A stretch of 64,000 nt of DNA, taken from assembly GCA_016180425.1 (NCBI GenBank), contig JACPBF010000001.1, positions 76,744 to 140,743 of the forward strand. Direction: 5' to 3'. Below the pieces are notes generated by a model, which did not search any database, had not been told where the DNA came from, and was given only the letters and a program-made list of their open reading frames with translations. The position numbers were made by a program, and so were the translations under genes. Positions 29,055 through 37,239 of the stretch are shown piece by piece (the stretch's first letter is position 1; each line of letters begins with the position of its first letter). The DNA is from Elusimicrobiota bacterium. GTDB lineage: Bacteria; Elusimicrobiota; Elusimicrobia; 2-02-FULL-39-32.

Positions 29055-29930
29055 TTGAATCAATTGTCCCTACCCCATAAGACGCAACATTTGTCTAACT
29101 TCTGGAAAAATAGTTTAGTTTTTTTTCTGGGTTTGGGTATTTCCTTTATTATATTAGAACTTTTTCTCAGAATTTATAATCCTTTTGACTTTAGAATTAG
29201 AATAAAACAAGGAAAAATAACGCTGCCAATCAATGAAAAAATAGAAATAAAAAACAACAAAAACAAAAAATTAGATAAATTGATAAAACATAGCAGGAAT
29301 TCTTTAGGTTTTAGGGGAGATGATCCACCTCAAAATTTCAAAGACTACCTCACAATAATGACTATTGGAGGAAGCACTACTGAATGTTTTTACTTATCAG
29401 ATGAAAAAACATGGGTCTATCTCTTAGGTAAAAAAATGGAAAAGAAATTTAATAAATGTTGGATCAATAACGCTGGGTTAGACGGGCACTCCACATCTGG
29501 GCATATAGTTCTTATGGAGGACTCTATTATTAAAATCAAACCAAAAATGATTTTGCTTCTGATCGGAATAAACGATGTAAACTTGTCATTTTTTGATAAA
29601 AATAAAGAGGTTTCTGAAAGCTTTGTTTACCATTCAGTTAAAAAAATAATAAAACCCATGATAAATTACAGTGAAACCTTAACTCTCTGCTTTAATATAT
29701 TTAGATACAACCAGGCTACAAGAGATTATAAAATCTTATTCAAAACATTAACAAATGAAAACAGAATTCTAAATCAACTACAGATTGATGAATACTTAAA
29801 TAAGGATAGATTCTTACAGGCATACAAGATTAGATTAAAAAAAATTATTGATCTTGCAAAAAAAAATGAGATTCTTCCTATTCTCATTACCCAACCTATC
29901 TACTGCAGCTGGAAATCAAAAACTCCGTAA
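29055..29930 (+). pseudogene. SGNH/GDSL-like hydrolase, 3'-truncated paralog of the 32127-33266 gene
   Basis: 291 aa versus 379 aa for the paralog. The alignment (FLRIYNPF..., GGSTTECFYLSD..., NNAGLDGH...) breaks after ...ITQPI at ~29900, exactly where the GC-rich foreign block begins, so the distal part including the catalytic D-x-x-H region is missing. Confidence 0.5.
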
Positions 29931-30857
29931 GCGTTTAGCCCAGGGATGTAAATTTTTTCTACCCACCAACCCAAGCCGTAATCCCGCGGCAAATTTAGGG
30001 CAGGAGGCGAAGCACTCTCGTCCTTTAGGACAGGAGGCGTCCCAAAGGGACAGTCCCTTCCTACAAAAGAATCTTTTAAGGGTGAGGCCGTAGCGCTCTC
30101 GTGCTTTAGGACAAGTCATCATCGCAATCGATAGCCACAATATTTCTTTTTAATTTAAAAAATTATTCTACCCCCCTAACGTCCTTTTTCTTTTTTTGCT
30201 ATATGTATTTATGTGGATAAGATACTTCCCCTACAAATACGAGGAAAGGAGATTGGCTCGAGGTTGATAGAAAAAGTTAAACAACTCACCCAAGAAGATT
30301 CTTCTATTAATCGCACACAACTTTCCCAATTGATCTGCCAAGAGTTTGGCTGTTTCCAACCCAATGGGAAGCCACAAGCAGTCGCATGTCGGGAGATTCT
30401 AAGACGTTTGGAGAGGATGGGATTTTTAGAGTTACCGAAGCCTCGGCATGACGGCAACAATGGTCACAAAATGCGAGAGTGTTACTTGCAGGAGGAATGG
30501 GATTTTGTGTGTCCTTCTTTAGAGGGGAGGCTCTCGAGGGAACAAGGACTTGAGCTAGAACGAGCGCGGGATCCATCCAAGTCCAAGTTTTTTCGTGAGA
30601 TGATGGTGCGATACCATTATTTAGGGTATCGTTCGATGGTTGGTGATCTATAAAATATTTAATTCGTTTAGAGGGAACTATTGTGGGAGGGATCTCCTAG
30701 GGATCAACGTCATGGAAGCTGGGCGCTCGGGATCGAACCATTGGTTGGGATCAAAATCAACGGGTAAGGAATCTTCAACATCTGGCTGGCAATCACAGAT
30801 TTCTCATTTTGCCACAGGTTCGAGTAAAGAACTTGGCAAGCGCAGTTCTATCCAGAG
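29901..30857. other. GC-rich foreign DNA block
   Basis: Composition visibly departs from the AT-rich flanks. Contains nested direct repeats (CAGGAGGCG twice; 21-nt units 30012-30032 and 30093-30113 with 2 mismatches), small hairpins, and a tRNA-like T-arm remnant near 30735. Confidence 0.6.
30213..30653 (+). CDS. gene fragment of foreign origin (146 aa; ...FREMMVRYHYLGYRSMVGDL*)
   Basis: GC-rich ORF opening only 33 nt after an in-frame stop, with GTG start and no recognisable full domain. The RYHYLGY motif is reminiscent of DUF4338-type proteins, from memory only. Confidence 0.3.
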   Translation: MDKILPLQIRGKEIGSRLIEKVKQLTQEDSSINRTQLSQLICQEFGCFQPNGKPQAVACREILRRLERMGFLELPKPRHDGNNGHKMRECYLQEEWDFVCPSLEGRLSREQGLELERARDPSKSKFFREMMVRYHYLGYRSMVGDL

Positions 30858-30862
30858 CGATA

Positions 30863-31209
30863 AAGAAGAATGCGAAAAATATTTTGATATTCCAGATGCC
30901 CAAAAACACTACCCTGCGCGGTTCATGCTTTACGTAGCACCCGTGAAGAAAAAGCAGCAATCACACTTACCTGCCATTACCCACGCGGATGTCACCGGAC
31001 GGCTCCAAACCGTATTTAAAGAAACCAACCCGCGTTCCCACCGCCTGATTCAAAAATTTGGAGAAGCTACAGGAATTCCTGTTCTTCTCAACACCTCTTT
31101 TAACCTCAAAGGCGAACCCATTGTCAATACTCCCCAAAATGCCTACAATACAATTATGAACAGCGGCATGGATGCTTTAGTACTCAATAATTCAATAATC
31201 ACAAAATAA
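30863..31209 (+). pseudogene. duplicated 3' fragment of the carbamoyltransferase gene (homologous to 27136-27481)
   Basis: The last ~115 codons are near-identical (...ECEKYFDIPDAQKHYPARFMLYV...NTSFNLKGEPIVNTPQNAYNT...) with scattered substitutions. No N-terminal catalytic domain. An upstream ATG at 30640 creates a chimeric 189-aa ORF. Confidence 0.7.
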
Positions 31210-31418
31210 TCAGTTTTCACTAAAAAAGTAAGAACTCATAATTTTTAGTCAAATATTCTAAGTAAGACAATACCAAGATTAAAACAGGAAGGAAGCTCAA
31301 GCAAACAGACAGCTTTACTTTTATAGCGATGGCCATTGGAATGAAGAGGGGGCATAAATTAGCAGCAGAAATTATTTCTCATTGGCTCATGAAAAATAAA
31401 TGGCTCTGGATTTAAAAT

Positions 31419-32102
31419 ATGGAAACAATTAAAAAGATATTGCTCAAGCTAAATCTATATGAGTTTGCAAGAACCATTGTAAAGATATCTTGGAAATCTA
31501 GATTTTTATTAAGATATCCTCCCTATGATCAAAATATCCAGAGCAAGATTATCGCCTCTTTTGACCCCGTTCGATATCAAACCATTGCACTTGCGGTTCA
31601 AACCATAAAAAAAGAAAATATCCCTGGAAATTTTGCAGAGGTTGGGGTGTATCGGGGAGAAACAAGCAAATTCATACATGCATTAGACCCTGGAAGAAAG
31701 CTCTATTTATTTGATACCTTTGAAGGGTTTCCTCTCGCTGACCTTGAAAAAGAGGACACTCGTTTCCGAGATACCAATATTGAAAGAGTAAAATGGGAAC
31801 TTGGTAATTCAGATCTTTTAGTATTTAAAAAAGGCTATTTTCCCCATACTACCCAGGGGTTAGAAAAAGAGCTGTTTTCATTTGTCTTATTAGATTTAGA
31901 TCTCTTCAAATCTACTCTGGCTGGACTAATTTTTTTCTATCCTAGAATAGCGCATGGAGGATATATCTTCATTAATGACTACAACAATCCAGAATCCAAC
32001 TGGGCGGTTTCGAAAGCCGTTAAAGAATTTATGAAAGAAAAAGAAGAAAAAATAATCGAAATTCCCGATATATGGGGCTCTGTGATATTCCGCAAATTGT
32101 AA
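31419..32102 (+). CDS. class I SAM-dependent O-methyltransferase, TylF/MycF (macrocin-O-MT) family
   Basis: 227 aa; FAEVGVYRGETS ... FDTFEGFP ... motifs of the TylF family. Confidence 0.75.
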   Translation: METIKKILLKLNLYEFARTIVKISWKSRFLLRYPPYDQNIQSKIIASFDPVRYQTIALAVQTIKKENIPGNFAEVGVYRGETSKFIHALDPGRKLYLFDTFEGFPLADLEKEDTRFRDTNIERVKWELGNSDLLVFKKGYFPHTTQGLEKELFSFVLLDLDLFKSTLAGLIFFYPRIAHGGYIFINDYNNPESNWAVSKAVKEFMKEKEEKIIEIPDIWGSVIFRKL

Positions 32103-32126
32103 ATTCCAAAACTTTTTAAATTTAAG

Positions 32127-33266
32127 ATGCAAATCATGCTCAGGGAGATTTCAAAAAATATTTTTGTTTTCATGATCGGCTCGATTGTTTCTCTATGCTG
32201 CCTAGAACTCTTTCTACGTCTCTATAATCCCTTTGAAAGCCGAATCAAAGGTGAAAAAATCATTCTTTATAAAAATAAAAAATATGTTATACATAACAAA
32301 AAAAATTTAAAATTAGATAATCGAATTATTCATACGAAAAATTCACTGGGTTTTAGAGGCGAGGAACCGCCAAACGATTTTCATCGGTATATCAAAATCA
32401 TCACGGTTGGAGGAAGCACCACTGAATGCTTTTATCTCTCTGATCATAATACCTGGCCGTATCTCCTGGGAGAAAAATTGAAATCTCGTATAAAGCGAGT
32501 TTGGGTTAACAACGCTGGTTTTGATGGACATACCACATTCGGGCATCTTATTCTATTAGAAGACTATCTTTTAAAATTGGATATAAACGTTATCTTATTT
32601 CTTACAGGCATTAACGACATTGGGCTGGAACATCTTCATCAAAATGATCAATTAATTATCAATAAACTGCAAAAATTTGAAAATTTTAAATTTCTTCTAA
32701 AATCCATAACGTTCCACAGTGAAGTCCTAACGTTAGCACTTAATATTTATAGATATTTAAGAGGCGTAGGACACCACGCTATAAATGACTTGAAGCAACT
32801 AGGTCAAAGAGAAATTTCAAAAGATATTGAAGATAAAATTTTAAAATCAGATAAAGAGATATACTTACCTCTTTATAAAAAAAGATTAAATAAAATTATT
32901 AAAATTTGTAGAACCAAACAGATTGAACCAATTTTTATAACGCAGCCGATTCTTCCAGGTAAAGGGTTTGATGAGATTACTAAAGTTGATTTGGCAAAAA
33001 TAAGGATAGATAATTTAAATGGCGAGTTGTTATGGAAAAGACTTGAACTTTTGAATCAGACTATAAGGGACTTAGCTGATGAAAATAAAATATTTATTAT
33101 AGATTTGGCAAAAAAACTTCCAAAAAGTTCAAAATATTATTATGATTTTACGCATTTTACTAATGAGGGGGCTCAAAAAGTGTCAGATATCATATTTGAA
33201 GACTTGTTCCCTCAACTATTGAAAGAAGAGATAAAAAAAAACTCAAAAGGATTTAATAAAAGTTAA
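32127..33266 (+). CDS. SGNH/GDSL-like hydrolase or acyltransferase
   Basis: 379 aa; N-terminal TM anchor, ITVGGSTTECF (block I), NNAGFDGH (block II/III) and DFTHFT (D-x-x-H, block V). Confidence 0.55.
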   Translation: MQIMLREISKNIFVFMIGSIVSLCCLELFLRLYNPFESRIKGEKIILYKNKKYVIHNKKNLKLDNRIIHTKNSLGFRGEEPPNDFHRYIKIITVGGSTTECFYLSDHNTWPYLLGEKLKSRIKRVWVNNAGFDGHTTFGHLILLEDYLLKLDINVILFLTGINDIGLEHLHQNDQLIINKLQKFENFKFLLKSITFHSEVLTLALNIYRYLRGVGHHAINDLKQLGQREISKDIEDKILKSDKEIYLPLYKKRLNKIIKICRTKQIEPIFITQPILPGKGFDEITKVDLAKIRIDNLNGELLWKRLELLNQTIRDLADENKIFIIDLAKKLPKSSKYYYDFTHFTNEGAQKVSDIIFEDLFPQLLKEEIKKNSKGFNKS

Positions 33267-33380
33267 AGTTAGTTTGATTCAAATCACTTTACTTAATAAA
33301 ATATAAATTAACGAATTTTTCGATTCAAAGATAGAATTCTCTGATGCCAAAGTAGGATTTCAATAAAGTCTGTAGTTTTT

Positions 33381-33452
33381 GGGCTCGTAGCTCAGTGGAA
33401 GAGTACCTCGTTGACACCGAGGGGGTCGACAGTTCGATCCTGTCCGAGACCA
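33381..33452 (+). tRNA. tRNA-Val (anticodon GAC), second copy with variant acceptor stem
   Basis: Identical to the minus-strand copy except the 3' acceptor strand CGAGACC (vs CGGGCCC). This creates a G3:A70 mismatch, so it may be a degenerate copy. Confidence 0.7.
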
Positions 33453-33588
33453 ATTTTTCAAAATTGCTTTCCATGAAAAAGAACCTGGTTTTATGGGGCA
33501 CTGTTTAAAATGGACCATTCAACCCGTAAAAGCGGTATATTGAAACAGGGCACGGGATACCTTTATCATTAAAAAATACGATAGCTCT

Positions 33589-34512
33589 ATGATGGAAATC
33601 TATCTTAAAAAAATTGCAGAAACCCAAAAGATTCGCGACTCTTTCAAAAAGCCACCCCTCAAAAAATTGTGTTACTATCCTATTCCCCTTATCATCTTCA
33701 AAGCAATTGAACGAATATTTCCCTCACTACGCGATTGGATTTGGGTAAAAAATAAATTATTTTTTAGTGAACCATTTTATACGTTAGGGTATTGGATTGA
33801 TTATTCGTTGTGCGGTTTTCTAACAGAAGATTATGAAGTCAGGTTGACAAAATTTCTTATTCAATCAATTAAAACTAGCGATATCTTCATGGATATCGGT
33901 GCGCACTACGGATTTTATACTTTACTTGTTCACAAACTAATCGCTCAATCCCTTGAAAGCGAGGAAGGTATCTCTTTGCGCTCAGTTTATTCCTTTGAAC
34001 CCACGCCTGAAACTTATAAAGTTCTTATAAAAAATATAGGCTGTAAAAATATTTCTGCTCATCAACTAGCTCTTTCTTCAATAAAAGGTGAAACTGAATT
34101 TATAAATTTTGATGGCATCCATAAGACACAAAATTCTCTATGTACCCATCTAGCTGCAAAAAAGGTAGGGTTAAAAAAATTTCGCATTAGTCAGGTTACG
34201 ACCACCACCATGGATGAGTTTTGTTCCAACCACCATATAACCCCAACCAAGATCAAAATGGATATTGAAGGCTCAGAATATAATGTGCTATATGGGGCAC
34301 TTCATATCCTAAAAAACCATCACCCTGTTGTGATCATGGAAATTTGGGGCAAAGGCTATAATCTCAACCATCTTAAAGGAGCAGAGCTTCTTTTCTCTTT
34401 GGATTACCATGCCTATAAAATAGATTCAAATGGGCAATTGATAATGATCCAACCCGATTATATTTCAGATTTTGAACCTTTTGCTGTTGATAATATTGTT
34501 TTTAAAAAATGA
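33589..34512 (+). CDS. FkbM family methyltransferase
   Basis: 307 aa; DIGAHYGFYTL ... SFEPTPETYKVL ... FkbM-domain signatures. Confidence 0.75.
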   Translation: MMEIYLKKIAETQKIRDSFKKPPLKKLCYYPIPLIIFKAIERIFPSLRDWIWVKNKLFFSEPFYTLGYWIDYSLCGFLTEDYEVRLTKFLIQSIKTSDIFMDIGAHYGFYTLLVHKLIAQSLESEEGISLRSVYSFEPTPETYKVLIKNIGCKNISAHQLALSSIKGETEFINFDGIHKTQNSLCTHLAAKKVGLKKFRISQVTTTTMDEFCSNHHITPTKIKMDIEGSEYNVLYGALHILKNHHPVVIMEIWGKGYNLNHLKGAELLFSLDYHAYKIDSNGQLIMIQPDYISDFEPFAVDNIVFKK

Positions 34513-35612
34513 AAAAGAGAAAAATTTTATATTTGATGCACATTGATTGGAACGGAATAAAACAAAGGCCCCATTTTTTAGCTGATGAATTATCCGCTGA
34601 TTATGAGATAACGCTCCTCTACCTTAAAGCATATAAAAGATCATTTCTAACCACCAATCCCTTGCCCCTTAACATAACCATACAACCGCTCCACCACATT
34701 CCTTCCAAGCTTATCCGATATTCTTTCTTTAGAAAAATAAACGAACTCTTTCTGCGCCTTCAATGTAAGTATTTCCTTTTAAAAGACAATTTTGATTTTT
34801 TATGGCTAACTTCACCATTTTTTTTAAAACCAGTGTTGCCCTATTTAGGCAAATCCCTGATTATTTATGACTGCATGGACGATGCCATTGGGATTGAAGA
34901 TCAAGAGCTTCGTTCAGCTTTTATCAACGACGAAAAAAAACTTCTTGAAATAGCACAAGTGGTCTTTGTGACAAGCAGTGTGCTTCAAAAATCTGTTAAA
35001 GAGAAAAATATGCGATGCGACCCTTTTGTAGTTAGAAATGGTATCTCTGATTCATTTATCCGGCAAATGCAGGATCGCCGCCCTTATAGAAATCAAAACA
35101 TGAATAAAAATTTCAGGTTCCTTTATATAGGCACGGTCTCATATTGGTTTGACTATAAGGCGGTCAAGCGGCTAATCACAACCTATCCGCAATGCAGCCT
35201 CGATATTATAGGACCTGTTGAAAAGCCCTTTCCAAACGAAGAAGGTATTAATTTTCTTGGGGTATATCCGCACCATGAGCTGCCAGAGACAGCGCAAAAA
35301 TATAATGCGCTTTTAATGCCTTTCTTTCTTTCTGATTTCATACTTTCCGTAGATCCAGTCAAACTCTATGAATACATCAGTTTCGAAAAAAATATCCTTG
35401 CCAGGAAATACAAAGAAATTGAAAGATTTGAACCTTATGTTCTCTTTTATGAAACAACTGAAGATTTGATTGAAAAAGCCAGTTCTTTAATAAAAAACAA
35501 TGAATTGAAATACAACAAAGAAAGTGCAAGAGATTTTCTTTTTAACAACTCCTGGAAGGAACGAGCAGTAACCATCAAAAATGCGCTTGAATTGAAAGAA
35601 ATACTAGCTTAG
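34509..35612 (+). CDS. glycosyltransferase, GT-B fold (GT4-like)
   Basis: 367 aa; two Rossmann-like halves; start overlaps the upstream stop (ATGA). Confidence 0.55.
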   Translation: MKKRKILYLMHIDWNGIKQRPHFLADELSADYEITLLYLKAYKRSFLTTNPLPLNITIQPLHHIPSKLIRYSFFRKINELFLRLQCKYFLLKDNFDFLWLTSPFFLKPVLPYLGKSLIIYDCMDDAIGIEDQELRSAFINDEKKLLEIAQVVFVTSSVLQKSVKEKNMRCDPFVVRNGISDSFIRQMQDRRPYRNQNMNKNFRFLYIGTVSYWFDYKAVKRLITTYPQCSLDIIGPVEKPFPNEEGINFLGVYPHHELPETAQKYNALLMPFFLSDFILSVDPVKLYEYISFEKNILARKYKEIERFEPYVLFYETTEDLIEKASSLIKNNELKYNKESARDFLFNNSWKERAVTIKNALELKEILA

Positions 35613-35637
35613 CTACTAAAATAAACATTCAGATACA

Positions 35638-37239
35638 ATGTCAACAAAATTATTTCATGCAAAATCTCTTTTTAACCAGTTCTATTATATTCTCTTTGAA
35701 GTATGTTGTGAACAGTGTTCAAAAGTTTTGTATGTTCTTGAACGATTTTTTTCATTTATCATTATCCTTGCGAATCATGTTTTTCATACTACCTTACAGC
35801 CCTTTTATATCATAAAATGGGATTACATTTTGAAAAATAGAAATGGCGCGTGGAAAATCAAACAGTGTTCAGATTATGGTTTTACAATTAATCCGTATCA
35901 TGAAAATGAACTTGAGCCCTATTTTCAACTGTCCCCACAAAAATCTTTTATTGATATTGGAGCACATGTTGGTAAATGGTCAGTGTATGCAGCTAAACAC
36001 CAACCAAAAGCCCATATATACGCTTGTGAACCAAACAGCGAAACCTATAACTATTTAATAAACAACATCCATCTAAATGCGTTGGAGCGCATCATTACTC
36101 CCCTCTCTACAGCACTTTCAAACTTTAATGGCAGAACCGGATTCATGAAAAACTCAACTTATACAAGTACCTCGCGTATCTTACCCACTGTTACCGCAAA
36201 TATGGTTGATGTTCAAACCCTGCCTTCTCTCATTGAACACAACTCCATTGATCTATCATCAATCGAATTAATTAAAATAGATACAGAAGGAGAAGAATTC
36301 AATATTCTGCAAGGTATGAGCCATCTTCTGCCTTTACTCCCTTCTGACTGCCGGATTATTTGTGAAATTCTAGACAAAAACAGTAAAAAAAATGACATTT
36401 TTAAATTTATGAGACAATATGGATACCGCGCCGATGAGCTTACCTGTGGATCAAATGTTCTTTTTCAAAAAGAGGTTCTCGTTCAGGTTTCTGTCTCTAT
36501 CCTAACCCTGAATGAAGAAAAAAACATTAAAAGGTGCCTTGAATCAGTAAAATATTTCAATGATATTGTTATTGTAGACTCAGGAAGCTCAGACCTCACC
36601 TTGGAAATTGCATCAGAATACCCCCAGGTGCGCATCTTCAAACATCCCTTGGAAAGCTATGCATACCAACGAAATTATGCTTCTTCCAAAACACTGAATC
36701 CAATGGTTTTTGTTTTGGATGCAGATGAAGAGTTAAGTACTCCTCTCTTTGAGGAGATAAAAACCATAGTTAAAAAAAAAGAATTTTCTCATGATATATT
36801 TTCTGTACAATTAGTGGATTACTTATGGTGGGATTTTGCCAGACATTCCTCTTGGGGAAGCCGTCAGTACAGACTATTTAATAAATCCAGGGCTTATTAT
36901 AAAGGGCTGGTACATGAACAACTTATTGTGCTAAGCCAAAGGATTGGAAAACTCCAAAATTCTATTTACCATAAAAGTCATAGCTCCATAGAAAAAACTC
37001 TTACTAAATTCAATCGCTATGCGGACCTTGAAGTAACGGACTACATTCGTCAGGGAGTTCGTTGGAGGTTTCTCTGGCTGCGAATTCCTTACACCTTTAC
37101 TAAATTCTTTTTTGGCGCATTGATTATTAAAGGGTTCATGCGCGATGGAACTTTAGGAATCATTTCCGCCTTTCTTTTATCGTTTTACAAAGCGCTCGTT
37201 TTAATCAAATATGCAGAACGAACCAGGCATTCCCAATAA
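35638..37239 (+). CDS. bifunctional FkbM-family methyltransferase / GT2 glycosyltransferase fusion
   Basis: 533 aa; residues ~95-250 carry FkbM motifs (IDIGAHVGKWS, ACEPNSETYNYL); residues ~285-533 are a GT2 domain (VSVSILTLNEEKNIKRCLESV ... VVDSGSSD ... LDADEEL). Confidence 0.65.
   Translation: MSTKLFHAKSLFNQFYYILFEVCCEQCSKVLYVLERFFSFIIILANHVFHTTLQPFYIIKWDYILKNRNGAWKIKQCSDYGFTINPYHENELEPYFQLSPQKSFIDIGAHVGKWSVYAAKHQPKAHIYACEPNSETYNYLINNIHLNALERIITPLSTALSNFNGRTGFMKNSTYTSTSRILPTVTANMVDVQTLPSLIEHNSIDLSSIELIKIDTEGEEFNILQGMSHLLPLLPSDCRIICEILDKNSKKNDIFKFMRQYGYRADELTCGSNVLFQKEVLVQVSVSILTLNEEKNIKRCLESVKYFNDIVIVDSGSSDLTLEIASEYPQVRIFKHPLESYAYQRNYASSKTLNPMVFVLDADEELSTPLFEEIKTIVKKKEFSHDIFSVQLVDYLWWDFARHSSWGSRQYRLFNKSRAYYKGLVHEQLIVLSQRIGKLQNSIYHKSHSSIEKTLTKFNRYADLEVTDYIRQGVRWRFLWLRIPYTFTKFFFGALIIKGFMRDGTLGIISAFLLSFYKALVLIKYAERTRHSQ

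Noticed and set aside
29995-30120. Possible mini-CRISPR: two ~21-33 nt imperfect direct repeats separated by ~50-80 nt in the GC-rich block
   Set aside because: Only two units, 2-8 mismatches depending on the length taken, no regular repeat-spacer periodicity, and no cas genes anywhere in the window. More consistent with a degraded repeat or att-like scar.
29848-30140. ORFs 29848-30093 (+) and 29916-30140 (-) inside the GC-rich block
   Set aside because: They overlap each other on opposite strands and are made of the repeat units themselves (repeated LGQEA / CPK(A/G)RE strings). High GC alone keeps the frames open. No start context or homolog-like sequence.
30725-30760. tRNA-like fragment (reverse complement GGTTCGATCCCGAGCGCCCAGC resembles the T-arm plus acceptor 3' strand)
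   Set aside because: The 5' T-stem partner does not pair (AATGG versus CCGAG) and no D or anticodon arms are present. At best it is a remnant, noted within the foreign-block finding.
31329-31415. 27-codon ORF (MAIGMKRGHKLAAEIISHWLMKNKWLWI*) in the same frame as the TylF methyltransferase, separated from its ATG by a single TAA plus one codon
   Set aside because: TylF-family proteins of ~225 aa are complete without an extension. The in-frame arrangement is probably coincidental, though a recent nonsense mutation of a longer N-terminus cannot be excluded.
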